DNA of 64,000 nucleotides, taken from the IMG/VR virus record IMGVR_UViG_3300033074_001936, positions 30,915 to 94,914 of that record. One strand, given 5' to 3'. A program made the translations under genes and the position numbers. Source of the DNA: a virus (taxonomy: Duplodnaviria; Caudoviricetes). The notes under the pieces are model-generated. The model searched no databases and was not told the DNA's origin. It saw only the letters and a program-made list of their open reading frames with translations. This document shows positions 27,933 to 37,364 of this stretch, one piece after another. The stretch's first letter is position 1; every line of letters begins with the position of its first letter.

Positions 27933-28412
27933 ATGTGCCACATCTGCAAAGCAACGCGACTGCTCATGCTCGCGCTCATCCTTCCCTTCTTCCTGCTCGG
28001 AGTCGCGCTCTGGCTCTCGAGCATGGCGCTCGCGCAGACCACCGTCTCCGGCGCGGGGTTATATGAAGTCGTCCGCCCCTACCTCCTGGAGATCGCCGGG
28101 GTCCTCGCGGCGGCCATCGTCGCATGGATCGCCGATCTCGTGCGCCGGAAGCTCGGGTTGGAGATCGAGCAAAAGCACCGGGATGCGCTCCAGACGGCGC
28201 TCAAGAACGCGGCCGGCCTCGCCATCGCGAAGGGCGGGGTGATTGCCGAGGGGCAGAAATTCAGCCTGCACAGTCCGCTGATGATCGAGGCGGTGAAGTA
28301 TGTCGAAAAGGCCGCGCCCGACGCGCTCAAGTACTTCGGCATCAGCCCCGAGTCCGTGGCGGAGAAGATCGCCGCCAAGCTCGGCGTGATGAAGGCCGTT
28401 CCCGATGCTTGA
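27933..28412 (+). CDS. Holin-like membrane protein
   Basis: Two hydrophobic segments; HRDALQTAL...AVKYV...APDALKYFG; lysis module. Confidence 0.65.
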   Translation: MCHICKATRLLMLALILPFFLLGVALWLSSMALAQTTVSGAGLYEVVRPYLLEIAGVLAAAIVAWIADLVRRKLGLEIEQKHRDALQTALKNAAGLAIAKGGVIAEGQKFSLHSPLMIEAVKYVEKAAPDALKYFGISPESVAEKIAAKLGVMKAVPDA

Positions 28413-28647
28413 GGCCCTGTCCTCATTCGTCGTCTCATTCCTCGTCTCCTTCCTGCGCGGTTGGCTCTCCGATCTCCGGGGCGCGGCCGCGCAGAGAGAG
28501 GCAGGGGCGGCTTCCGCGCGTGAGGCCGGGCGCAGGGATGAGGACGCGGCGCTGGAGCGCGCCAGAGAGGCCGCTAATGCTGCTGAGGCCCGCCACAAGG
28601 GCGATCCTTCCGATGGCGCTTTCCGCAACACAGACTTCAGGGACTGA
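28405..28647 (+). CDS. Putative inner-membrane spanin-like protein
   Basis: N-terminal TM segment plus Ala/Arg/Glu helix; follows the holin. Confidence 0.5.
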   Translation: MLEALSSFVVSFLVSFLRGWLSDLRGAAAQREAGAASAREAGRRDEDAALERAREAANAAEARHKGDPSDGAFRNTDFRD

Positions 28648-28650
28648 GCC

Positions 28651-28854
28651 ATGACATGCATCGGGATCGCGGTCGGCTTTGCCTACCTGCTTTGCTCGCA
28701 GCCGGCGGCAGCGCCGTCAGGCCGCGCGCCGTTCTGTCAGGTCATGGATCAATCGGGCGGAAAGATCAGGCCGTCTCGATCCGATACGCGGCTGACCAAG
28801 GAGCGTGCCGACACCCTCAACGCGCAATACGACGCGCTCTGCCGGGGCCGGTGA
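28651..28854 (+). CDS. Putative outer-membrane spanin-like protein
   Basis: Hydrophobic leader with Cys; FC...SRSDT..TK...N..Y.ALC. Confidence 0.5.
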   Translation: MTCIGIAVGFAYLLCSQPAAAPSGRAPFCQVMDQSGGKIRPSRSDTRLTKERADTLNAQYDALCRGR

Positions 28855-29118
28855 GTGGACGCCGGCTTCTCCGCCATCGTCTCGCTTCTCCGGGAGGCCG
28901 GGCCATGGGCCATTGCCATCGTGTTCATGTACCTGTGGTGGGAGGAGCGCAAGGAGCGCCGATCTTCGCAGACGACATGCGCGACCTTGCACGAGTCCAG
29001 GTTTCAGGACGCAACGACGCGCGGCGCGGCCGTGGTCAGCGTGGTCGAAAAGAACACCCAGGCCATGACGGCGCAATCGGAACTGATCCGCTCCCTATTG
29101 GACAGGGGCCGCCCATGA
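28855..29118 (+). CDS. Small membrane protein
   Basis: One TM segment (GPWAIAIVFMYLWW). Confidence 0.55.
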   Translation: MDAGFSAIVSLLREAGPWAIAIVFMYLWWEERKERRSSQTTCATLHESRFQDATTRGAAVVSVVEKNTQAMTAQSELIRSLLDRGRP

Positions 29119-29309
29119 AGCTGTGGCGCAGGCTGTTCGGCGCGCCGAATGGAGAGGTTCGGCAGCAGGAGCAAATTCAGCAATCGTGCGAGCGAGTCCA
29201 CGAGCGCGAAATGCATCTCTTGCAAAAAGCCCTCGATGCCAACAGCCATCAGCACAACGTCCTCACCGAGCTGGTTGAAGAAATGCAAAAGCGGAGAGGG
29301 GCGCGATGA
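29115..29309 (+). CDS. Small hypothetical protein
   Basis: ATGA overlaps on both sides (MKLWRRLFG...). Confidence 0.5.
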   Translation: MKLWRRLFGAPNGEVRQQEQIQQSCERVHEREMHLLQKALDANSHQHNVLTELVEEMQKRRGAR

Positions 29310-29725
29310 AGTACACGGTGAATGAATTTCTGATCCTCGCGAACGCCTTCGAGCTTGGCATCTCTCTAGGCGCCGCTGCATTGCTCCTGCGCTTCATCCT
29401 GTCGCAGATCAGCGGCCCAATCGACGCACTGCGACGCGCCAGCCGGGCAATCATGGGGGACTTCCAAGGCGGGGCCTATGACCTAGCCGTGGCCATCTTT
29501 GTGATCTTCGTCGGCAAGTTCATCCGCACGCAAACGGTGTGGGAATGGCGCGTGTTCGCCGACGATCTCGACCGCTTCCGCGTGATGCTGGGAATCATGG
29601 TGTCGACGGTCGGTGCCATCTGCTTGATCCGCGTCCTCTCGCCGACTCGGTTCTTCAACGTCTATTGGGTCGTCACCGTTATCCTCGCGCTTATCTTCGC
29701 GATCTTTTCTGCTTCGATCTCATAG
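29306..29725 (+). CDS. Multi-pass membrane protein
   Basis: Four hydrophobic segments. Confidence 0.65.
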   Translation: MKYTVNEFLILANAFELGISLGAAALLLRFILSQISGPIDALRRASRAIMGDFQGGAYDLAVAIFVIFVGKFIRTQTVWEWRVFADDLDRFRVMLGIMVSTVGAICLIRVLSPTRFFNVYWVVTVILALIFAIFSASIS

Positions 29726-29743
29726 CCGCCCGCGAGAGGCGGC
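29725..29743. terminator. Hairpin at the convergence of the two transcription units
   Basis: gccgcc-cgcgaga-ggcggc right after the last + strand stop; no U tract. Confidence 0.3.
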
Positions 29744-30317
29744 AACCTCGATAGTGGACCGCGAAGGCCGCCGGTCGCGCATCTGTATCGTGCGGGCCGC
29801 CTGGGCGCAGGCGGTCGAGCAGTAGCGCGCGGTGCGATAGGCCGTCGCGGGCATCGCGCCGCCGCAATGTTTGCATCGCTTGACCGTCAAGTTGCGCTCT
29901 CGTCGATGGCGTTGCACGCCGCCTCCATCAGCGCCGCGAGCTTTTCCGTTGGCGGCGGCATAACACATAATCGGCGCTGCCATAGATCACGCCAGTCCCG
30001 GTATCGGCGGGCTCCTCTTCGGGAAGCGGGCAGCCGCCGCCGCCGGCCGGAGGGTGCCATGACCCCGGCGGAACTGCACCTCCACGGGCCTGATCGTCCA
30101 GCGGTGTTTGCTAAAGCCGTTGTTCGACCACAGGCCTAGGGGCTCTCCCTTTTCATCAACCCTGGTCGCTGATTACGCCGAGCCGCGCCTTGTGCTTCGC
30201 GACAACCTTCTCCAACTTTTCCTTCACGCGCTCGTCTAGCTTGTCGCCTTCGATGCCGAAGCACTTTGCGAATTGCCGTTCTCAACACATGCATACGAAG
30301 GGGGATGCCGGCTTTCT

Positions 30318-32177
30318 TTATCTCGACTGGATGCGGGCGCCTTCTACACCATGTTCAATTATTATGGTCGAAGCGAATTGCAGCCCCTCCTCGGAGTGGT
30401 GGTCAACGTAGAAGATCTTAAGGCCGGCGGCTTGTGCATACTCTCCGAGCAGTAGCACGAGGTCGCGAACCCCCTCCCGCGACAAGCCGCGGGTCGGCTC
30501 ATCGAGAACGCGGAAGTCCAAGCACATCCCAGCATGGCTGAGGAGAGCCTCGGATAAGGCCAGCGCGCCGGCCAGCCGCAGTCGCTGCCTCTCACCGCCT
30601 GAGTATGACTCCCACCGCGCGCCGCCGGCAGGGCCGCCCGGCGCCCGCACCACGACCGCCAGCGCCCGCTGCGTCGTGCCACTCTTGGTCTCCCGCTCTG
30701 TCGCGTATTTGACTTCCCACTCCCCGAGCCCGAGCCCCTCGAGGACTTCGGCGGTCGTTGCGGTCAAGTCGGCAAGGAGATCATCAATGAGGCGCAGCCG
30801 GATGTCGCGAAAGCCGCGTGCCCAAAACTGCGCGCGTTCAATGCCGGACTCAATTTTGGAGAGGATGGTTTCCTTAGCCTTGATCTCTCGCTTGAGTCCG
30901 GCGATGCGGCCGCGCGCCTCCCGCGCGGCGTCGCGGTGCGGGTTCTCCGCAGCCTCCGCTTCCCGGAGCGCGACGTCTGCGGCTGCGTACTGCGCCTGAG
31001 CCTCCCCTACTCCCCGCTCGAGGAGGCGCAAGTTGCCCTCGGCTTTGCTCTCTTCTTCGACGAGCTTGCGCAGCCGCGGCTCATCTCGGCGGAGGCGCTC
31101 GCGCGCGGCATCGCATGACTTCAAGGCAGCTTGGGCCGCCTTGTCGGCCGCTGCGAGCGCCGCTTCCGCTTCTTTGAGCCGGGCGGCGAACCGGGCCTCC
31201 TGCCCGGCGCCGATGGCCTGCCCGCATGTCGGGCAGCGCGCCGACTTCTTCTTGGTCGTGATCGCGGCGAGGTGCGCGCGCAGCTCGCGAGCCTCGGCAT
31301 CGGCGGCTCGCGCGGCGGCATTTGCCCCCCGCGCCTCCGCCTCGAGCCGCATGACGTCCGCCCGGAGCGCCTCTACATCCGGGCGCAGGAGGCGCGCCGC
31401 CAGCCCGGCCCGGTCCGACTCCGCGGCGGCTTCCCCCCGGAGGGCCTCGAGCTGATCCGCTCGCGCTCGCGCAGCCTTGAGCTCTGATGCGTTTTTCTCG
31501 ATTATGGCGGCATGAGAGCCCACCCAGCGGTTCGACGCATCTCTGGCCGCCCTGAGCGCCCCCAGGCCATGCTCCAGGGCCGCCCGGAGCCCCCGCACCT
31601 CCCCCTCCAGCCCCGCCCGGCGCCTATCTAGCCGCCGGGCGCGGTCCCCCGCGGCCTCGGCCCGCCGCTCCCAGCGCTCGAGCCCGAGGGCGTCGGATAG
31701 GAGGGCCATCTTGTCGCGCGGGGGGAGGTCGAAGAAGAGCGGCTGGCCCTGCCCGAGGACCACGGCTTGGCACCAAGCGTCGAATGACAAGCCCATGATC
31801 GCGGCGGGGTCCTCCGACCCGGCGATCTTGCCATTGATCGTCGGCTGCGCGGAGCGGGCAGCCCGGCGCTCAATTTTAGAAATTGCGTCATCACGCTCGA
31901 GTGTGATCGCGACCTGAGGGGCCTCCTTTGCGCCCCATGATTTGATGTCGGTCGCGCGCAGCCCCTCTACAGTGCGACCATACAGGCACCAAGTCACTGC
32001 GTCAGAGAAGAATGTCGACTTACCGGCGCCGTTGGATTCGAGGCGTGGGTTAACGCGGTTGATGCCGCGAACTTGATGCAGGCCGGGCGGAAGCGCCGCG
32101 ACATCGAGGGCTGCGCGGCGGGCGAACGCCTTGAATGCCTCGACTTCGATGCGGGCGAGGGAGATGTGTTCGCTCAT
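30318..32177 (-). CDS. SbcC/Rad50-like ABC ATPase
   Basis: Walker A NGAGKS, coiled coil with CPTCGQ zinc hook, signature SGGERQR, Walker B VLDEP. Confidence 0.95.
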   Translation of the reverse strand: MSEHISLARIEVEAFKAFARRAALDVAALPPGLHQVRGINRVNPRLESNGAGKSTFFSDAVTWCLYGRTVEGLRATDIKSWGAKEAPQVAITLERDDAISKIERRAARSAQPTINGKIAGSEDPAAIMGLSFDAWCQAVVLGQGQPLFFDLPPRDKMALLSDALGLERWERRAEAAGDRARRLDRRRAGLEGEVRGLRAALEHGLGALRAARDASNRWVGSHAAIIEKNASELKAARARADQLEALRGEAAAESDRAGLAARLLRPDVEALRADVMRLEAEARGANAAARAADAEARELRAHLAAITTKKKSARCPTCGQAIGAGQEARFAARLKEAEAALAAADKAAQAALKSCDAARERLRRDEPRLRKLVEEESKAEGNLRLLERGVGEAQAQYAAADVALREAEAAENPHRDAAREARGRIAGLKREIKAKETILSKIESGIERAQFWARGFRDIRLRLIDDLLADLTATTAEVLEGLGLGEWEVKYATERETKSGTTQRALAVVVRAPGGPAGGARWESYSGGERQRLRLAGALALSEALLSHAGMCLDFRVLDEPTRGLSREGVRDLVLLLGEYAQAAGLKIFYVDHHSEEGLQFASTIIIEHGVEGARIQSR

Positions 32178-33178
32178 GCGACTTCCCCCGCGATCTTGAG
32201 GCCTGATGCGATGGTCCCCTTGCCTTTTCCCATCTGGCGGGCATATGCGCAGATCAAGTCTTCATCGGAGGAGCGCCGCCGCGCGGCATGCGCCTTGCGC
32301 GCGCTCTCCCCGGCCCGCGATGCGACAACTTGCACTGCGTGAAGGTGCGCCTTCGCACCCTCGACCCACGCGGCGACCGCGGTCCGCGCCTGCGCGCGGG
32401 TGATGTCGGAGCCGGGCGGGAGCTCGACCCGGACCTTGATTATGTCGCCCGCGCGGATCGGGCGCCCCCTAATATCTAAGCCCCCGAGGGGGTCGCGGCC
32501 GGACAAGACGATGAGGCGCTTTTGCGGCCCCTTGCTCGGGATCGAGCGCGCGGCATCACTGTCGAGAAGGAGGACCCGCGGCTTGTACTCATCACCGAAG
32601 TCGACGCGGTAAGGTGCGCCTACATACGTCACGGGGCCGATGGTCTGCGGGACGTGCACGTCGCCGGAGATGACGCGAGCATCAGGGGGAAAGGGCGGCG
32701 GCTCGCCCGGCGCGGCGCGGCCGCCGAGGTCGGCTCCGCCGAATGTTTGGTGGCAAAATATCCAGTTGTGCGGCCTCGCGGGGATCGAGTACTCCTCGCG
32801 GAATGGGCGCGGGGTGTGCGGAAGGAATAAGCACCGCCCGAGTCCTCGCAGCTCCAGGCCGGTTGCCGCGTTGATCCAATGCACGCGGCGCAGGTGGCGG
32901 AGGAACTTGTAAAACGGCACATCTTCCGCGACATAGTCGTGATTGCCGCATAAGGCGTAGACTTGGGCGACTTCCGCGAGCGCCGCGAATCCATCTACAA
33001 TGGCATTGACCAGCCCCGCGCGGTGCCCATCCTTTGCCTCGGTGATGTCGCCGAGGATGAGGACGCGGCCGGCGCTATACTCGCGCGCCAACTGCGGCAG
33101 GCGCTCGAACCATCGCAATCGATACGCATCGCGTGGGTTATCGGATAGATGAAGGTCCGCAGTCACGAGCGTTTTCAT
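32174..33178 (-). CDS. SbcD/Mre11-like metallophosphoesterase nuclease
   Basis: ADLHL, LGD, GNHD, CHQ, SGDVH; adjacent to the Rad50-like gene. Confidence 0.93.
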   Translation of the reverse strand: MKTLVTADLHLSDNPRDAYRLRWFERLPQLAREYSAGRVLILGDITEAKDGHRAGLVNAIVDGFAALAEVAQVYALCGNHDYVAEDVPFYKFLRHLRRVHWINAATGLELRGLGRCLFLPHTPRPFREEYSIPARPHNWIFCHQTFGGADLGGRAAPGEPPPFPPDARVISGDVHVPQTIGPVTYVGAPYRVDFGDEYKPRVLLLDSDAARSIPSKGPQKRLIVLSGRDPLGGLDIRGRPIRAGDIIKVRVELPPGSDITRAQARTAVAAWVEGAKAHLHAVQVVASRAGESARKAHAARRRSSDEDLICAYARQMGKGKGTIASGLKIAGEVA

Positions 33179-33432
33179 CTGCTGCGCGCATCCCCTTCTG
33201 GAAACTTTTCACCATGCTCGAGGCGAAGGAGTCGCTCGGCTTCATACCGGTTGAAGTGCTCTGATAAGATCGCATCGAAGTCCTCCCCGAGCCATTCCGC
33301 GGCCTTTCGGAGCTTGGCGACAAACTCGGGGGCTTCGGCTGCGATCCAGGCCGGATCATCGAGGATGTCGTCGACGAACTTCCTAAATGATGCCTGCAAG
33401 ATTGTGAGGATGTCCGGGTCGTGATCTTTCAT
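33175..33432 (-). CDS. Hypothetical protein
   Basis: Coupled to both neighbours. Confidence 0.55.
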   Translation of the reverse strand: MKDHDPDILTILQASFRKFVDDILDDPAWIAAEAPEFVAKLRKAAEWLGEDFDAILSEHFNRYEAERLLRLEHGEKFPEGDARSR

Positions 33433-33941
33433 CACACCCCCCGCATGCTGGCGCCGAGCGTCCACCCGCCGAGCTTCCAACGAGCAAGAAGGAGGGCTTC
33501 CGCGCGGTTATGATCCATCTTGCGCGCGAGCATCTCAGCCATGTCGGGGAACAGCTCGAGGGCGCGCAGGCGGGCGGCCTCGCCCTTGCCCTCCCCACCG
33601 GGCAGCCGCATGTCGCGCTTCCACTTGGCGGGTTGCACAAGCTCGTAGGGGATGCCGAGCGCCTGCACGACCCCAAGGATCTGTCCGAAGGCTGTGCCGA
33701 AGCGGAACATGCCGGCGACCCCCTGCCCCGGCATGGCATGAACATGCTCGATGATGGCATGATCGACTTCATCCTCTCGCAAGTATGCGGTCAAGACCGC
33801 GCCATTGAGTATGCGCTGCTTGCCGGCGCCCATGGTCGGGAGATCGAGCACCCGCCGCGCGGGCGCGCGCTGGGGGGCCGCCGCATCCTTGCAGATGGCG
33901 ACAGCCCCGCTCAGGCCGGGGTCGAATGCCGCGAGATTCAT
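33432..33941 (-). CDS. RuvC-like Holliday junction resolvase
   Basis: FDPGLSGA, IIEHV, FRFG, P..WK, AEALL; GGAGG RBS. Confidence 0.88.
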   Translation of the reverse strand: MNLAAFDPGLSGAVAICKDAAAPQRAPARRVLDLPTMGAGKQRILNGAVLTAYLREDEVDHAIIEHVHAMPGQGVAGMFRFGTAFGQILGVVQALGIPYELVQPAKWKRDMRLPGGEGKGEAARLRALELFPDMAEMLARKMDHNRAEALLLARWKLGGWTLGASMRGV

Positions 33942-34147
33942 TTCTTCCTCCGCTGCTGGCAGCTGATGTTGATTGAGTTCGGATCGAGGTCCCACATCGG
34001 ATCGCCGAGATCGTCATCATCGAGGGCCCCGGGTGGGCGCAGCTGCCCGCGCCACGTCGCAACTGCATCGAGAATGTAATTGAGGATGTCTGCGCGCGAT
34101 GCGCGCGGGGGTGGCTTCAAGGTGATCGTAAACGAGATCTTCGGCAT
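33938..34147 (-). CDS. Hypothetical protein
   Basis: AGGAGG RBS; overlaps the resolvase start. Confidence 0.6.
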   Translation of the reverse strand: MPKISFTITLKPPPRASRADILNYILDAVATWRGQLRPPGALDDDDLGDPMWDLDPNSINISCQQRRKK

Positions 34148-34288
34148 TCACTCCTCCTATGCAAAGTGGGGGTTGCAGCGTTCCGAGACCCCCGGCTCCG
34201 GGCATAGGTGGCGGGAGATGACTAGGCTCCCGCCTGCCGCGCTGCTCGGCAGATTTCAATCATACTTTTCCTTGTTCGCCTTCTTGGC

Positions 34289-34978
34289 TCAAGATGCGCA
34301 TGATGCGCATCTTATGCTTGCCGGGTTGATAACAATCTCGATGTCCGAACAGTCGATTGCCGCGAGGCGCGAGGCCGAGTCCGAGGCCAGCCGATGTTCG
34401 AGCAAAGATGCATCGAACTCATGCCCGAAGATGCGGCCGGTGAGGGCCCGGTAATACTCACCCAAGATCTTGTAGTTCATGAGTGAGATGATCGGGTCGC
34501 ACATGAAGATGATCTTATGCCTCGGCGGGATGATGGCCCAGCGAGTGATCGCCTCCGGCGGGATCGTTCCGTAATACGCACACGTTCCGAGGTGCGCGAT
34601 GCTATCCCGCCACAAGTGACTGAAGTCCGAGAGCGCGCGGCGGCGGAACCAGCGCGTCCGCTCCGCCATGTCTACCCCTCGGGGGCCAACCTCGATGAGA
34701 GTTCGGGACCCCTGCTCGAGGAAATCTTCGTCGGGGGCAAGGCGGCTTTGATTGAGGGCATCGACGGCGATCTCGAGGATCATGGGTTTTCGATCCTTGC
34801 GATCCGAGGCTGCATGGGTGGCGAAGTAGAGGGGATATGCATCGGTCAAGTAGACCGCGCGGGAGTTTGATTCGACGCTGTGACTCCAGTTCCCCCGGCG
34901 AGTCGCGCGCGGGCGCAGCCCTGCGGCCCGGATCGAGGGCAGCGCGCCACTGTGCGTGCCATGGTACAAGTACTTCAT
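34289..34978 (-). CDS. Putative ADP-ribosyltransferase-fold protein (Tpt1/KptA-like)
   Basis: LYHGT...I...GL.P, VYLT, A...A, ILEI, GTIPPEAI. Confidence 0.6.
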   Translation of the reverse strand: MKYLYHGTHSGALPSIRAAGLRPRATRRGNWSHSVESNSRAVYLTDAYPLYFATHAASDRKDRKPMILEIAVDALNQSRLAPDEDFLEQGSRTLIEVGPRGVDMAERTRWFRRRALSDFSHLWRDSIAHLGTCAYYGTIPPEAITRWAIIPPRHKIIFMCDPIISLMNYKILGEYYRALTGRIFGHEFDASLLEHRLASDSASRLAAIDCSDIEIVINPASIRCASCAS

Positions 34979-35301
34979 CGGTTCAACTCCCATGCAGAGA
35001 TGGTGCAGGCTGCCCCATTTGGATTATACCACCCGTTGGTCAGCGCATGGTTGGCCGCCTTCTCGGCGGCTTCCCAGGCGGCAATCAAGATCATATCCCA
35101 CGCGCTGCGGTAATACTCCTCATCGCTCACGTGTCGTTGATGCGCCCTGTGGGCCTCGCCTGGGTCGATTTGCAAGGGCTGGCCGGCATGCCACTCGAAG
35201 GCTTCGAGTACTTTATACGCCGCAGCCTCGGCCCGCAGGCGGTCGTCATCTTCCACGGCGGCCGCCCCATGCAAGATGTTGATGCAGATGTGAGTCGTCA
35301 T
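34975..35301 (-). CDS. Hypothetical protein
   Basis: GGGAG RBS; overlaps the downstream start. Confidence 0.55.
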   Translation of the reverse strand: MTTHICINILHGAAAVEDDDRLRAEAAAYKVLEAFEWHAGQPLQIDPGEAHRAHQRHVSDEEYYRSAWDMILIAAWEAAEKAANHALTNGWYNPNGAACTISAWELNR

Positions 35302-35323
35302 TGTGAGTGCTCCCTTCTTTTCG

Positions 35324-35806
35324 TCACAGTGGGCGCTGGCGCGTGCCGGGTGACTTCCCGGAGTCATATGAGACATCGCGCTTGCCCCCGAAGATATCTC
35401 CGAACGGGAAGCGGAATGCCGGATCGGCGACTCCGACCAAGTGGTACTTGTTCGACGTATCGACCAGGCGCGACTCCGCGGGGTAGAGCTCGATGGCTTC
35501 GCACTCCTCCCCGATGAGCTCATTCTTGATGCACTGAAAGTGCCGCCAATCGCGCAGTATGGCGGCGCCGTCGCGGCGCCGGATGTTGAGATGGATGATC
35601 TTATACTCCGGATCGATCAGCTCGCGCTTGACTTGGTAGATGTCGTTGATCCAGAACTCGGATGCGGCCTCCTCCCGGGCGAGCGCCGCGAGAACCTCAT
35701 CGCGACTCATGCCGCTTGCGGCGATATGGTCGGTGATGAGCTGCTCGCTCGGGGGCAGGGCGGCGGCGCGGCGCAGAGGCTGCCACTTGTAGCGGGGCTT
35801 CTTCAT
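35324..35806 (-). CDS. Conserved phage hypothetical protein
   Basis: HLNIRRRD...DWRHFQCIKNELIG...AIELYPAESRLVD..N.YHL. Confidence 0.75.
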   Translation of the reverse strand: MKKPRYKWQPLRRAAALPPSEQLITDHIAASGMSRDEVLAALAREEAASEFWINDIYQVKRELIDPEYKIIHLNIRRRDGAAILRDWRHFQCIKNELIGEECEAIELYPAESRLVDTSNKYHLVGVADPAFRFPFGDIFGGKRDVSYDSGKSPGTRQRPL

Positions 35807-36165
35807 ACCCGACCTCCCCCCGCATCTTGACGTTCTTGCTCGACCTGCGCAATGCGCCATGGGGGCACGCCGATGGCCCGCATGAGCTCCGACTCGTGGT
35901 CATCATTCAGCCGCCTGCACTCGGCGATCGCCTCCGCCAGGGCTCGGGCGAATGCCGAGTTGCGCCCGCGCGCCGACAGCGCCCGCGTTTGCTGCGCGAT
36001 GGTCGCGCCGCGGCACTCGGAGATCAGGCGCGGCACCCGGGCTCCATCAGTCCTCATGATGGCGAGGTAGCGGTACGGGGACCGGACGCTTGCGGGCATC
36101 GAGGCAGTGCTGTGGATGATGACGTAGGGGCGAAATGTTGAGGGTACTCCGACTTGAGTGGGCAT
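35803..36165 (-). CDS. Hypothetical protein
   Basis: AGGAG RBS. Confidence 0.6.
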   Translation of the reverse strand: MPTQVGVPSTFRPYVIIHSTASMPASVRSPYRYLAIMRTDGARVPRLISECRGATIAQQTRALSARGRNSAFARALAEAIAECRRLNDDHESELMRAIGVPPWRIAQVEQERQDAGGGRV

Positions 36166-36208
36166 CTTTCTTTCTCCTATGCGCTAGAAGTGTCAGTGGC
36201 AGTGAGCG

Positions 36209-36361
36209 TCAATGGCAGTGAGTGATCGCGCCATGCATGTGGCAGCGCGGCGCGCCCTCGGCGATGCGTATGTGGATGGCCATCGCGAGTATCAGCATGG
36301 CGATGATGATCGCAGCGGCGATGACCTTCTCGGTCAAGATCGCATCGAGTATCTTGAGCAT
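36209..36361 (-). CDS. Small membrane protein (50 aa, not in the ORF track)
   Basis: AGGAG RBS; MLKILDAILTEKVIAAAIIIAMLILAMAIHI. Confidence 0.55.
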   Translation of the reverse strand: MLKILDAILTEKVIAAAIIIAMLILAMAIHIRIAEGAPRCHMHGAITHCH

Positions 36362-36410
36362 GTCTTTCTCCTGTTTTTCCTGGGGGAGGTTAGTCGATCA
36401 CTGGGCTCCG

Positions 36411-36707
36411 CTACAGGGATCTGTTGCGCCCGGTTTTGCCCTCTTCCGGGCAAAACCGGTTATGAACATGCGGTTCCTTTATTTCGCACCCTGGGTACTT
36501 GCAGGGTGCCCCGTTGATGGCCTCAAGCTGGCGGACGGCCATCGGGGTCCGCCAGTCTTTTTCAAAATTTTCTTTATCTATTTTACGCCAGTATTCTTTG
36601 TATCTTTTCATCATCAGCTCCCTCAGTGCCCTTCGTGCCAAGTTTTGCCGCCGTCGTTCTTTCGGCGGCGGGTTACCCCGGAGGTCGGTCAGTGGCTTTT
36701 GTGCCAT
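36411..36707 (-). CDS. Hypothetical protein (lower GC)
   Basis: GGAGG RBS. Confidence 0.55.
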   Translation of the reverse strand: MAQKPLTDLRGNPPPKERRRQNLARRALRELMMKRYKEYWRKIDKENFEKDWRTPMAVRQLEAINGAPCKYPGCEIKEPHVHNRFCPEEGKTGRNRSL

Positions 36708-37030
36708 GTAGCACCTCCGTCATGACTATGCACCCCGGCGGCGAGGACCTTGCGGTCGACCGCCCGCCCCGCCCGGGCCTCCGCGCGGGCGATCTCGGCC
36801 TTCGCGAGCGCCGAGCCGGTCGCCATGATCCGGCGGTAGGCGCACGCGTCGGTGACCCCATCGCGCTCCTGCTCGGGCCAGCCCGCGAAGGCCACGGCGC
36901 CCTGCGGGGAGACCGTGACCTGAGCGCGGCGGCTCTTGAGCAGCGCGTCGAGCTTGTCCACGGCGCGCCGCACCTCGGTGATGCGCTCCTGGATGGTCTG
37001 CTTAGGCTTCAACTGGGTATCGCACGGCAT
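36689..37030 (-). CDS. Hypothetical protein near the AAA ATPase
   Basis: AAGGAGG RBS; MPCDT...GAVAF.GW...DGVTDACAYRR...HSHDGG.TW. Confidence 0.7.
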   Translation of the reverse strand: MPCDTQLKPKQTIQERITEVRRAVDKLDALLKSRRAQVTVSPQGAVAFAGWPEQERDGVTDACAYRRIMATGSALAKAEIARAEARAGRAVDRKVLAAGVHSHDGGATWHKSH

Positions 37031-37193
37031 CTTGGTCTCCTCCTTGTGCTTCGTCGAGGTCGTGGGCGGCCGCGGCGGTCTGGACGTGCTCGAGGTCGCC
37101 CTCGACCGACCAGCCGCAGGTGCAGACCGCCCGGAAGGTCCCGGGCTCGGTGGTCGAGCGCAGGAACCGGACGATGTGGATGTCGAAGGGCAT
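37002..37193 (-). CDS. Small CxC-containing hypothetical protein
   Basis: GAGGAGG RBS; AVCTCGW. Confidence 0.55.
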   Translation of the reverse strand: MPFDIHIVRFLRSTTEPGTFRAVCTCGWSVEGDLEHVQTAAAAHDLDEAQGGDQDAVRYPVEA

Positions 37194-37194
37194 G

Positions 37195-37362
37195 TCAGTC
37201 CTCCTCCTCTTTTTTGCCGCGCTGAATTGGGCGGTTCAGATTGAGTAGTAGCAGCAGGCCTAAGAATGCGTATAGATCTGCACCGAGGGCGTACAAGCCG
37301 AGGACTAGCGCGGCAGTCGCCCCGATAGTCACGCAGTTTTCGATGGTGGGCCAGGCTCCCAT
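37195..37362 (-). CDS. Small membrane protein (55 aa, not in the ORF track)
   Basis: GGAGG RBS; MGAWPTIENCVTIGATAALVLGLYALGADLYAFLGLLLLL. Confidence 0.5.
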   Translation of the reverse strand: MGAWPTIENCVTIGATAALVLGLYALGADLYAFLGLLLLLNLNRPIQRGKKEEED

Positions 37363-37364
37363 GG

